The notes beneath the pieces were generated by a model that did no database searches, was not told the DNA's origin, and worked only from the letters and a program-made list of their open reading frames with translations. Source: an uncultured Clostridia bacterium (GTDB lineage Bacteria; Bacillota; Clostridia; Christensenellales; Borkfalkiaceae). Taken from it: a stretch of DNA of 64,000 nucleotides. The stretch is from contig CANRHB010000001.1 of the NCBI GenBank assembly GCA_947630325.1, positions 93,579 to 157,578 of the forward strand, given 5' to 3'. Position numbers and translations under genes: made by a program. Every line of letters begins with the position of its first letter. Position 1 is the stretch's first letter. Positions 26,103 through 35,375 of this stretch are shown piece by piece.

Positions 26103-27146
26103 ATGGCTGAAAGCAATTATCTTGGCAACCTTACCGTGCTTACGAACATTCTCCGCGACCCGCTCATCGCGGCGTTTGCGGCCTACCGCAACGAAAAGAC
26201 TGCGGCGCGCAAGACGGCGTTTATGCATGAACTCTTTGCGGGAAAGGCGGAAACCAACTTCTCCGCCTATGTTGCGGAAGTCGTGATACGGGACGACAAC
26301 GCATTTTCGCGCGCCTGCGCCGCGGGGGACGACCTCTCCCCCTATCTCAAAAGCGCCTACATCTCCGACCTTACCGAGATCGGCAAAGCGCTCGACTTCG
26401 AGACGGACGATTTCGAAATGGGAAAACCGCCCGTCACCATCAAGAGTTGGGACGACAAGGCCGCCAATCTCCTCTATGGGTTTTACCAGAGTTCGGGTTA
26501 CGGCATGTTCATCAACAGGCATGAATTCCGCTATGACGGTAAGCGCGGGCTTGTCCCCGTGTCCCCCTGCCCCTATACTCTTGCCGACCTTAAGGGCTAT
26601 GAACGGGAAAAGGCGGAAATTTACGACGATCTCGAAAACTTTGTAAAGGGGCTCCCCTGTTCGCGCATATTGCTGTGCGGGGAGAGCGGCACGGGCAGAT
26701 CGTCGAGCGTGCGCGCAACGGCAAACGCCTTCGCCTCGCAGAAACTCCGCCTTGTGGAACTTGCCCGCGAGGACCTGCGTGAACTTCCCGCGCTCGTGGA
26801 TATGCTCTCCCGCCTTCCCCTGCGTTTTCTCGTCTTGGTGGAATCGCTGGGGCCCGACGACCGCATTCCCACCTGCGGCGCCGAAAACGTGCTCCTTGCG
26901 GCGACCTCGGACGTCCCGCTCGACGGGTTCGGCGTCACCGTCTCCTTCCGTTCGCTCGGCGAGGAGGAGTATCTTGCGATCGTGCGCGAACTGAGCAAGG
27001 ACTTAAAACTCAAACTTCCCGCGGAGGAACTTGAGGAACTCGGCCGCAGATGGTCCGAAAAGCACGGATTCACCCCGCGGAGCGCCCGCCTGCTCGTCGG
27101 CTACCTCTATGCCTGCAAAGAAAAAGGCAAAGAGCATAAAATGTAA
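26103..27146 (+). CDS. DUF815-type P-loop ATPase
   Basis: LLCGESGTGRSSSVRA Walker A preceded by LADLKGYEREK...NFVKGLP region typical of DUF815. Confidence 0.7.
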   Translation: MAESNYLGNLTVLTNILRDPLIAAFAAYRNEKTAARKTAFMHELFAGKAETNFSAYVAEVVIRDDNAFSRACAAGDDLSPYLKSAYISDLTEIGKALDFETDDFEMGKPPVTIKSWDDKAANLLYGFYQSSGYGMFINRHEFRYDGKRGLVPVSPCPYTLADLKGYEREKAEIYDDLENFVKGLPCSRILLCGESGTGRSSSVRATANAFASQKLRLVELAREDLRELPALVDMLSRLPLRFLVLVESLGPDDRIPTCGAENVLLAATSDVPLDGFGVTVSFRSLGEEEYLAIVRELSKDLKLKLPAEELEELGRRWSEKHGFTPRSARLLVGYLYACKEKGKEHKM

Positions 27147-27165
27147 GATCATGCGTTTTTCTCGC

Positions 27166-27643
27166 TCCCTTGCCCACTCCTTGAGGGGTGGGTGGCACGC
27201 GCTCTGCGCGTGACGGAAGGGGTGTTTGCGTCATAAGGAACGACACCCCCTCAGTCTCGGCTGGCGCCTTGACAGCTCCCCCTCAAGGGGCAGCCAAGCG
27301 GGAAAGCACCTTTAACGGAACCCCCTCCGTGGGAGGGGTTCCGTTTTCTTACCCCCTCCGTGGGAGGGGGGTAGGGGGGTGGGGCGTGTTCTTTTTTGTC
27401 ATTTCCCCCCGCGCCGCGACATTCCGAGCCACTGTTCTTAATCTGTCATTTCGCCCCGCGCATTCTTTTATTGTCATTTCGCCCCGCGCGCAGTTCTGAT
27501 TCTCTAAGGGCGGCACGAGGAGCTTGCGACGAAGTACCAAGCCGCTTCAAATTGTCATTTCGAGTGGAGCGAAGCGGAATCGAGAAATCTCGCCTTATTT
27601 ATTATAATGCGGTAGAGATGTCTCCACTTCGGTCGATATGACA
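27166..27643. repeat. mosaic palindromic-module cluster B
   Basis: M3, M4 (reverse), two M2 hairpins, three TGTCATTTC(G/C)CCCCGC arms, M5, one composite hairpin (27553-27643). Confidence 0.9.
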
Positions 27644-27670
27644 TTTTGAAAGTGCGAACGTTTATAACCC

Positions 27671-27708
27671 AAAAAACATTGCCGCCGCCTCTAAGAAGAG
27701 GCGGCGGC
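27671..27708 (-). terminator. murC terminator
   Basis: 12-bp stem GCCGCCGCCTCT/AGAGGCGGCGGC overlapping the stop, then TTTTTT on the minus strand. Confidence 0.75.
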
Positions 27709-29019
27709 TGTGTCTATAATGCTCTTTGCGATGTCATAGATGTCCCCCGCGCCGAGCACGAGCACCAAATCGTCCCGCTCGGTAAATTGCGTCAGCCGCT
27801 TTTTTAGTTGCATAGGCGACTGCACGTACACCGCCTCGGGCAATCGGGAGACGAGGGTATACGCGCTCCCCTCCGCCAAAAAGGGCTCCCTTGCGGCGTA
27901 AGTCTTGTAGATGATGGGGTTCTCCGCCGCCCGCAGAACTTCGATAAATTCGGGCAGAAAGTCCCGCGTCCGCGTATAGGTATGCGGTTGAAAGACGACG
28001 CGCACGGTGCCGTGGCACATTCTCCGTGCCGTGTCCATCACTGCGGCGATCTCCCGCGGGTGGTGGGCGTAATCGCACACGACGGGCACGCCGCAAAACG
28101 TCCCCACCTCTTCGAACCGCCTCCCCACGCCGTAAAAGTTTTCGAGCCCCCTCTTGATCTCTCCCGCCGAAAGCCCCGACAGCCGCGCCGCCGCAAACGC
28201 CGCAAGCGCGTCCTTCACCATGACCTTCCCGACGACGTTCAACTTGATCCGCACCAAGGGGATCCCCTTCTCGGCGACGGTAAAGGAATACTTCTCGCCC
28301 GTGCACCTCAGGTCCTCCGCGCGGATGTCCCCGCCGCCCAGCCCGAAACTCAGCGCATGGGGAATGTGCCGCGCGCGCAGGTCGTCGTCGCACACCACGA
28401 CCTTCTCCGAATTTTCCGCAAAGGCGAGATAGGCCTCAAACAACTCCTCCTCGCTCTTGTAGCAGTCGGTGTGGTCGAGGTCGGTATTGAGGATCACCCC
28501 GATCTCGCTCTTGAGGGAGAGAAAACTCCGCCCGAACTCGCACGCTTCGGTGACGAAGTATTCCCCGCCCGCCGAAAAGTAGTTGGAAAGTTCGGCGTCC
28601 TCCCCGCCGATGTGGCAGGTAAAGGGCTTTCCCGCGGCGCGGAAGATGTGCGCAAGCATGGAGGAGGTGGATGTTTTGCCGTGACACCCCGCCACCGAAA
28701 TGACGTGCGGGAACCCCTTTGCGACCTCGCCGAGGAGTTTTGCGCGCGGAATGAGGCGTTTTCCCGCCGCCCGCGCCGAGGACAGCTGCGGATGTTCCTC
28801 CGCGATCGCCCCCGTGAATACGACGTTTTCTTCGTCGATCTCCTCGTCCTCTCCGATATAGACGGGGATCCCCTCCTCTTTCAATGCGAGGGTGTATATG
28901 CTCTCCCGTCCGTCGCTTCCGCGCACCTTGCATCCCCTGTCGCGCAACAGCCGTGCAAGCGCGCTCATGCTCACCCCGCCGATCCCGATGAAGTAAAAGC
29001 CCTGTCCCTCAAAAAGCAT
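27691..29019 (-). CDS. murC: UDP-N-acetylmuramate--L-alanine ligase
   Basis: FIGIGGVSMSALA N-terminal motif, GCHGKTSTSSM P-loop. Confidence 0.92.
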   Translation of the reverse strand: MLFEGQGFYFIGIGGVSMSALARLLRDRGCKVRGSDGRESIYTLALKEEGIPVYIGEDEEIDEENVVFTGAIAEEHPQLSSARAAGKRLIPRAKLLGEVAKGFPHVISVAGCHGKTSTSSMLAHIFRAAGKPFTCHIGGEDAELSNYFSAGGEYFVTEACEFGRSFLSLKSEIGVILNTDLDHTDCYKSEEELFEAYLAFAENSEKVVVCDDDLRARHIPHALSFGLGGGDIRAEDLRCTGEKYSFTVAEKGIPLVRIKLNVVGKVMVKDALAAFAAARLSGLSAGEIKRGLENFYGVGRRFEEVGTFCGVPVVCDYAHHPREIAAVMDTARRMCHGTVRVVFQPHTYTRTRDFLPEFIEVLRAAENPIIYKTYAAREPFLAEGSAYTLVSRLPEAVYVQSPMQLKKRLTQFTERDDLVLVLGAGDIYDIAKSIIDTAAASS

Positions 29020-29053
29020 ACTTTATCCTATGCTCTTTTTCGCAAAAAGGGTG

Positions 29054-29088
29054 AAAAAAAACGCGCCTTGTGCGGTGCGTCTTTTTTT
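29054..29088 (-). terminator. csp terminator (bidirectional geometry)
   Basis: ACGCGCC-6nt-GGTGCGT stem flanked by A8 and T7 runs. Confidence 0.7.
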
Positions 29089-29104
29089 GGATTTGGTTGC
29101 CTCC

Positions 29105-29317
29105 TTAAGAAAGGGGGACGACGTTAACAGCTCTCAGCTTTCCGCTGTCCTTGGGATCGGGCTCTGTCTCGAAGGAGACCTTCTGCCCTTCCTTCAACGT
29201 GCGGAAGCCCTCTGTCTGAATTGCGGAAAAGTGTACAAACACATCTTCGCCGCCCTCATCGGGAGAGATAAAGCCGTAACCCTTACCGTCATTGAACCAT
29301 TTCACAGTTCCGTTCAC
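29105..29317 (-). CDS. cold-shock protein (CspA family)
   Basis: [15 protein letters not shown] (RNP1) and VFVHFSAI (RNP2); GTG start 8 nt after GGAGG. Confidence 0.9.
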   Translation of the reverse strand: MNGTVKWFNDGKGYGFISPDEGGEDVFVHFSAIQTEGFRTLKEGQKVSFETEPDPKDSGKLRAVNVVPLS

Positions 29318-29411
29318 AAATATTACCTCCTGTGGCGCCGTTGTGAAAGTAACCGCCCCGGAAAACACAAGAGGCTTTTCCGAAAGTAATCAGTTTTTCA
29401 GTGCCTTTACT

Positions 29412-29440
29412 ATTATATCAACGGCGGCCCCGATTGTCAA
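29412..29440 (-). promoter_or_regulatory. csp promoter TTGACA-17-TATAAT with TG extension; ~90-nt 5'UTR
   Basis: Minus strand TTGACA 29440-29435, TGaTATAAT ending at 29412. Confidence 0.7.
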
Positions 29441-29461
29441 TAGCAAAAAAGGAAAAATTTG

Positions 29462-31273
29462 TTATTTCTGCAAATATTTTTCTATCATTTTTGATTGATT
29501 GCGTGAAAACTCGTCAAGTTCTTCGGGCTTTAAGCGTCGATAGGCAAGCAGGGCGAGGTAATAGATCTGCATGGCCGCCGCCTCCTTTTCCTCCCCCTCC
29601 GCGCCCTTGAGCGCCTGCACCGCGGGAGAGGCGGTATTCACCACGAGCGTGACTCCCTCTTCCTCCTCGCCCATGCGATAGAAGGAATTCATCTCGGACA
29701 TTCTGCGCGCGAACTCGGCAACGTTGACGATGGCGGCTACATTCGTATCCTTGAGTTTTTCGGTCTTGACCGTCGCGTTCTTGCCCTCGAGCACGGAGGT
29801 GAAGAACTCCTCGATCTCCTTGTCCTCGCCGCTGTCCTCTTTGAGCGCCCCCGCAACGTCTGCGTCGATGCGCATAAAGCGGACCTTTGTGGGGTTCTTA
29901 TATTCGAGATAGCTGATAAAGTGCGGGTCGATGAAGGTGTCGCAGAGAATGGCGTCGAGCCCCGCGTCCTTGAACATCTTCACATATTGCGCCTGCGCCT
30001 TCTCGTCCGAGACGTAATACACCGCCTGCGGCTCCTTGCCGCTCTTGCTGTCCTCCTCGCTGACCTCGTCGCCGTAAAAACTCTCCACGGGGCGGTACTC
30101 TCCCGCAAGGTTCTTATAGATGATGATGTCCTTCACACGGTCATAGAACTTGTCGTCCTTGATACAGCCGAACTTGACGAAGTTGGCAAGGTCCTCCCAG
30201 CAGTTCTCGTACTTCTCCCTGTCGTTTTTGTAGAGTTCGGTGAGCTTATCCGCCACCTTCTTGGTGATGTGCGCGGCGATCTTCTGCACCTGCTTGTCGT
30301 TTTGCAGGAAGGAGCGGGAGACGTTGAGCGGGATGTCGGGGCAGTCCAGAACGCCGTTCAAGAGCATCAAAAATTCGGGAATGACCTCCTTGATGTTGTC
30401 GGCGATGTACACTTGGTTGCAGTACAGTTTCACCTGCCCGCGCTCGAGTTCCACCTGCTTCTTTACCTTGGGGAAGTAGAGAATGCCCTTCAAATTGAAG
30501 GGATAGTCCATGTTGAGGTGGATCCAGAAGAGCGGGTCGCGGTAGTCGTGGAAGGTATCGCGGTAGAAGGCCTTGTATTCCTCCTCCGTGCAGTCCTTGG
30601 GCTGTTTCAGATAGAGGGGCTCCGTCGTGTTGACAGGCTTGTCCTCGTCCGTCCCCTTCGGGTTGAGATAAATTTCATAGGGCATGAAGGAGCAATATTT
30701 GTTGAGGAGACTGCGCACCTCGAACTCCTTCAAAAACTCCTTCTCTTCGGGGGCGAGGTGCATCACGATCTTGGTGCCTCTCCCCTCTTTTTCGCACTCT
30801 TCGATGGTGTAGGTGCTTTCGCCGTCCGACTGCCAATGGACCGCCGCCGCGCCCTCCATATAAGATTTGGTGAAGATCTCGATGTTCTCCGAAACCATGT
30901 AGGCAGAATAGAACCCGAGCCCGAAGTGCCCGATAATGCCGTCTCCGCCCGCTTTTTCGTACTTTTCGACGAAGTCCGCCGCCCCAGAGAAGGCGATCTG
31001 GGTGATGTACTTTTCCACTTCGTCGGCCGTCATGCCGATGCCGTTGTCCTCCACGGTGAGGGTGCCCGCCTTTTCGTCCGTCGTGACGGTGATCTTATAC
31101 TTCTCGTCCTCCGCCGCCTCGCCCAGAGTGACGAGTTTTTTGTACTTTGTGATCGCGTCCGAAGCGTTGGAGACGATCTCGCGCAAAAAGATGTCCTTGT
31201 CCGAATAGAGCCACTTCTTGATGATGGGCATCATGTTCTCGCTGGAAATTTGAATGTTACCTGTCTTTGCCAT
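29462..31273 (-). CDS. htpG: molecular chaperone HtpG (Hsp90)
   Basis: REIVSNASDA, GHFGLGFYS motifs; 603 aa. Confidence 0.93.
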   Translation of the reverse strand: MAKTGNIQISSENMMPIIKKWLYSDKDIFLREIVSNASDAITKYKKLVTLGEAAEDEKYKITVTTDEKAGTLTVEDNGIGMTADEVEKYITQIAFSGAADFVEKYEKAGGDGIIGHFGLGFYSAYMVSENIEIFTKSYMEGAAAVHWQSDGESTYTIEECEKEGRGTKIVMHLAPEEKEFLKEFEVRSLLNKYCSFMPYEIYLNPKGTDEDKPVNTTEPLYLKQPKDCTEEEYKAFYRDTFHDYRDPLFWIHLNMDYPFNLKGILYFPKVKKQVELERGQVKLYCNQVYIADNIKEVIPEFLMLLNGVLDCPDIPLNVSRSFLQNDKQVQKIAAHITKKVADKLTELYKNDREKYENCWEDLANFVKFGCIKDDKFYDRVKDIIIYKNLAGEYRPVESFYGDEVSEEDSKSGKEPQAVYYVSDEKAQAQYVKMFKDAGLDAILCDTFIDPHFISYLEYKNPTKVRFMRIDADVAGALKEDSGEDKEIEEFFTSVLEGKNATVKTEKLKDTNVAAIVNVAEFARRMSEMNSFYRMGEEEEGVTLVVNTASPAVQALKGAEGEEKEAAAMQIYYLALLAYRRLKPEELDEFSRNQSKMIEKYLQK

Positions 31274-31382
31274 AAAATATCTCCCGATTTGTTGGTTTCC
31301 TTATTTATATACACAAAAAAACCCGCCGCAAAACGGGTCCTTTGCACTTTTTTCAAAAAATTCGGCTCTTTCTTTTGTCTAC

Positions 31383-31416
31383 CGAAAAAGCCCGACCGAA
31401 AACACGGGCGGGCTTG
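31383..31416 (-). terminator. terminator after ispH-S1
   Basis: AAGCCCG...CGGGCTT stem then TTTTT on the minus strand; a second hairpin+T7 lies at about 31318-31345. Confidence 0.7.
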
Positions 31417-31430
31417 CTTTTCAAGATGAT

Positions 31431-33539
31431 TTACTTGTTTTCGTCGTCGGAACCGATGAGTTCGGAGATGGAAGCGCCGAAACTCTCGCTCTCGTTCCAT
31501 TCTCTGTACTCGTCCTCTTCCTCCTCTCCTGCGGGCGCGCCGCGGCGGGAAGCCTTTCTCGTTCTCGGACGATCCTCGTCGTGATGTTCACGCTCCTTGC
31601 GCTCGGAGCGGGGTTCCGCCTCGGGACGGGGCTGGAGGGCCTTGATGGAGAGGGTGATCTTCCGCTCTGCGGGGTTGAACGCCAAGATCTTCGCGTCCAC
31701 TTCCTCGCCGATGGAGAGAGCCGTGGTGGGATTCTCGAGCCACTCGTGGGTGATCTGGGAGACGTGCACCAAGCCGTCTACTCCCTTTTCGAGTTCGACA
31801 AACGCGCCGAAGGGAACAATGCGCACGACCTTGCCGTGAACGACGTCGCCCTCCGCGTACTTCTCCGCCGCAAGATCCCAGGGCTGGGGCTGGAGCTGTT
31901 TATAGCCGATGGAGACCTTCTTGTTCTCGCGGTCGACTTTCAAAACTTTGAATTCGTACTTCTTCCCGATCTCGAGCACATCGGTCACGTTCTTCACGCT
32001 CGACCAGCTCAAATCGGAAATGTGGGCGAGGCAGTCGAACCCGTTCACGGAGACGAAGGCGCCGAAGGAGGTCACTCTCTCGACCTTGCCTTCCACCACA
32101 TCCCCTTCCTGGATGGATTCGAAGAACGCCGCTTCCTTCTCGGCCTTTGCAGCCTCGCGCGCCGCTCTCTCTTCCTCGATGATGACGCGCTGGGAAGCGA
32201 TGATCTCCTTTCTGCGTTCCTTTCTGATCTCGATGAGGCGCAGACGGAGCTTTTTGCCCGTGTATTTTTCGAGGTCCTTCACGTACCCCGAGCGGATCTC
32301 CTTGGCGGGAACAAAGACAGGATAGGTGCCGAGTTCTGCGGTAAGGCCGCCCTTGTTGAAACCGGTGCAGATCACGGAGAATTCTTTGCCGTCCTCGATC
32401 TCTTTGAGTTGTTCCTCCTCCTTCTTGATCTTTTGCAACATCTTCTGGGAGAGTTTTACCTTGGGGGTGACTTCCACCACCATCAACTCGATCTCCGTGC
32501 CGACCTTTTCGGCATACGCCTCGCGGCTGTACTCCTCGGTGGCGAGTTCCTCTTTCGCAAGCAAAATTTCGAGTTTGCCTGCGGCGGAGACATAAACTCC
32601 CTCGTCCGTGGCGGACACGATCTTCGCAGTGATGATCTGCCCCTTCTTGTACCGCTCTGCCTTGTCGATCCCCTCAACGACGTCCATCATTGTCGTTGCC
32701 TGAACTTCCGCGTTGTTTTCTTCCATCTTGAAAAGAACCTCCTGAGTCAGCCGATCGGGAGTGCTCGCTCCCGCGATGATACCGACCCTTTCATAAAATA
32801 AAAATTTTTCATATTCGAAATCGTCGGCACGCTCCAAGCGGACTACCTGTTTGCAGTACGCCGACGCGATTTCGTAAAGTTTGCCCGTGTTGCTGCTGTT
32901 GAGCCCGCCAAGCACGATCACGGCGTCACATTGCCGCGCAATTTCTTCCGCTTCTTTCTGCCGCCATATAGTAGTATAACAAATTGTCTTGAAAATCTCA
33001 ACTGTTTTTTGACATACTTTTTGAAGATTTTCCGCAATTTTCAAAAATCTTTGCTCCGAAAAGGTCGTTTGGGACACAAAAACGATATTTTTGTCGCAAA
33101 AGGGAGAAAGATCTTCCCCGCCTTCCACCACAAACGCCTCGCCACGGCGCCAGCCGAGAAGCCCCTGCACTTCGGGATGTTCCCGCTGTCCGGCGATGAC
33201 GACCGTCTTTCCCGCCTCGCCCGCCGCCGCCACGATGCGCTGGGTGCGCTTGACAAAATCGCAGGTGCAGTCGATGACGTCGATCCCCTTCTTTTCGCAC
33301 TCCTCATAGAACGCCCACCCCACGCCGTGGGAGCGCACGATGACTTTGCTCCCCGCGGGAACTTCGTCAAGGGAAAACACGGTGGGGATCCCCCGCTCCT
33401 CCACTTTTTTCACGACCTCGCGGTTGTGGATGAGTTCGCCGTAAAGGTAGGTATTCTCGGCGGGAACGGAGAGCGCGGTATCCACGGCGCGCCGCACGCC
33501 CGAACAAAAACCGCCGTGGCGGGAGAGGATGACTTTCAT
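31431..33539 (-). CDS. ispH: 4-hydroxy-3-methylbut-2-enyl diphosphate reductase fused to ribosomal protein S1 domains
   Basis: N-terminal IspH (HGGFCSGVRRAV), then four S1 repeats (GxVxxVxxFGAFV); fusion known in Clostridia. Confidence 0.9.
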   Translation of the reverse strand: MKVILSRHGGFCSGVRRAVDTALSVPAENTYLYGELIHNREVVKKVEERGIPTVFSLDEVPAGSKVIVRSHGVGWAFYEECEKKGIDVIDCTCDFVKRTQRIVAAAGEAGKTVVIAGQREHPEVQGLLGWRRGEAFVVEGGEDLSPFCDKNIVFVSQTTFSEQRFLKIAENLQKVCQKTVEIFKTICYTTIWRQKEAEEIARQCDAVIVLGGLNSSNTGKLYEIASAYCKQVVRLERADDFEYEKFLFYERVGIIAGASTPDRLTQEVLFKMEENNAEVQATTMMDVVEGIDKAERYKKGQIITAKIVSATDEGVYVSAAGKLEILLAKEELATEEYSREAYAEKVGTEIELMVVEVTPKVKLSQKMLQKIKKEEEQLKEIEDGKEFSVICTGFNKGGLTAELGTYPVFVPAKEIRSGYVKDLEKYTGKKLRLRLIEIRKERRKEIIASQRVIIEEERAAREAAKAEKEAAFFESIQEGDVVEGKVERVTSFGAFVSVNGFDCLAHISDLSWSSVKNVTDVLEIGKKYEFKVLKVDRENKKVSIGYKQLQPQPWDLAAEKYAEGDVVHGKVVRIVPFGAFVELEKGVDGLVHVSQITHEWLENPTTALSIGEEVDAKILAFNPAERKITLSIKALQPRPEAEPRSERKEREHHDEDRPRTRKASRRGAPAGEEEEDEYREWNESESFGASISELIGSDDENK

Positions 33540-34291
33540 TTGCTTGCTTTATGTTTTTTCCGCTTCTTGGCGGCGAGCATTTCGCGGTGCTCCGCCCTGA
33601 GTTCATAGAGCCTGTTCTTGAGTTTTTCGTCCGCCTCGTCGAACTCCTCCTGCGTAAGTTTCCTGTCGTAATATTCGGTCAGCTCGATGGGTTCGCCGAA
33701 CACCACGTGGGTGACGTGCCAAACCCGCGGTTTGTTGCAGACGACGAAGGGAATGATGGGCGATTTCGTCTTGATGGCGAGGAACGCCGCCCCGCCGTGG
33801 AAGGGCAGAAAGGTCTCTCCGTCCCCCTCTTTGTTGCGCGTTCCCTCGGGGAACATGCTGATCTTCTCCCCGTTTTTGAGCACTTTGATGCAGTCCATCA
33901 CGGCGCGGACGTCCTTTCCGTCCCGCATTGCGGGGATCCCTCCCAGGATGCGCGCCCAATACCCGAGGATCGGCACGTGCATCAGCGATTCCTTCATGAG
34001 GAAATGCACCCCCTCCCACGTCGTGCGGGCGGGATAGAACACGTCCCAGATGCAATAGTGGTTGCCCATGTAGATGCACGGGCCGAGCCCCACCTTTTTG
34101 TGCCCATAAAGTTTATAAGGATAGACGAGAAAATGGATGGGGACAAAAAGGACGCGGAGAAGGTTCATGAGGTGCATGATATGCTGTCCCTTTTTGTTGG
34201 CTGGGAAGAGCAATCTGCGCTTTTTTTCGGCTTTTTTCGCCTTCTTCTCCTTTTTCGCCTTCTTTTCTTCCGCGGCGCCGTTCTCTTCCAT
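33536..34291 (-). CDS. plsC: 1-acyl-sn-glycerol-3-phosphate acyltransferase
   Basis: NHYCIWD (HX4D) and FPEGTR motifs; Lys-rich N-terminus. Confidence 0.85.
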   Translation of the reverse strand: MEENGAAEEKKAKKEKKAKKAEKKRRLLFPANKKGQHIMHLMNLLRVLFVPIHFLVYPYKLYGHKKVGLGPCIYMGNHYCIWDVFYPARTTWEGVHFLMKESLMHVPILGYWARILGGIPAMRDGKDVRAVMDCIKVLKNGEKISMFPEGTRNKEGDGETFLPFHGGAAFLAIKTKSPIIPFVVCNKPRVWHVTHVVFGEPIELTEYYDRKLTQEEFDEADEKLKNRLYELRAEHREMLAAKKRKKHKASK

Positions 34292-34294
34292 GTC

Positions 34295-35302
34295 TCAGAT
34301 ATTCTCCTGAATGATTTTTTTCACCTCGGCGAGCACCTGTTCGATGGTCATCTCCGAGGTGTCGATCTCCACCGCGTCGTCCGCCTTTTTGAGGGGCGCG
34401 AGAGCGCGGGTGGAGTCCTGTTCGTCGCGGCGGATGATCTCGGTGAGAAGCTGGTCGAAATCCACCTGGTACCCCTTGGCGGTAAGCTCGTCAAAGCGGC
34501 GGCGCGCCCGCACACGGGGGGAAGCGGTGAGGTAGAACTTAAAGTCCGCCTCGGGCAGAACGAAGGTGCCGATGTCCCGTCCGTCGAGCACGCAGGACAT
34601 CCGCCCCGCGATCTCCCGCTGTTTTTCGGTCATGTGCATACGCACGCTGGGGTGTTTAGAGACGGAGGACGACGCCATCGAAACGGGGGGCTTTCTGATC
34701 TCTTCGGAGACGTCCACACCGTCGAGCAACGTCTTTTGCGCGCCGTTTTCGAACACGACGTCGAGTTTCACGTCCTTCATGAGGTCGACGATCGCCGCCT
34801 CGTCCTCGACGTCCACCCCCGCCTCGAGCGCTTTGAGGGCGCAGGCGCGGTACATGGCGCCCGTGTCGAGGTAGAGAATGTTGTAGTCGTGGGCAAGCAT
34901 CTTGGCGATGGTCGATTTTCCGCTTCCCGCGGGCCCGTCGATCGCAATGTTGATCTTGCCCGAGAGGTCATTCCGCAAGATTTTCGCCCCGCGCAGATAC
35001 ACGTGTTTGGGGTCGGAGTTCTTTCCGACAAAGAGCATGACGCGGATACAGAGAGGCAACCCCCCGTCGATATCCGGCTCCTGCGCCGAGAAGAGAGAAC
35101 AGCTCTCGAACCCCGCCTCCCTCGCCGCCTTTGCGGGATAATAAGAATGAATATCGGAGGTAGAGGAAAAGACGAGGCTGACGATCTCGTCCCTCTTTAA
35201 GTCGTTGCGGCTCTCGATCTGCTCGAGCAGTTCCTTCACCGCCTTTCTGATCTCCTCGGGCGTATCCGAGGGAATGGTCGTCGCTCCGCGAATAACAGTC
35301 AT
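34295..35302 (-). CDS. cmk: AroH-type chorismate mutase fused to cytidylate kinase
   Basis: MTVIRGATT...CIRVM (AroH class) then IAIDGPAGSGKST (Cmk P-loop); ATG 35302 after GGAG RBS. Confidence 0.85.
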   Translation of the reverse strand: MTVIRGATTIPSDTPEEIRKAVKELLEQIESRNDLKRDEIVSLVFSSTSDIHSYYPAKAAREAGFESCSLFSAQEPDIDGGLPLCIRVMLFVGKNSDPKHVYLRGAKILRNDLSGKINIAIDGPAGSGKSTIAKMLAHDYNILYLDTGAMYRACALKALEAGVDVEDEAAIVDLMKDVKLDVVFENGAQKTLLDGVDVSEEIRKPPVSMASSSVSKHPSVRMHMTEKQREIAGRMSCVLDGRDIGTFVLPEADFKFYLTASPRVRARRRFDELTAKGYQVDFDQLLTEIIRRDEQDSTRALAPLKKADDAVEIDTSEMTIEQVLAEVKKIIQENI

Positions 35303-35375
35303 AAGATGATCTCCTTGGTGTCTCCCGTTTATTATAGTTCGATATATCGGAAAAGTCAACAACTTTCCGCCTTTT

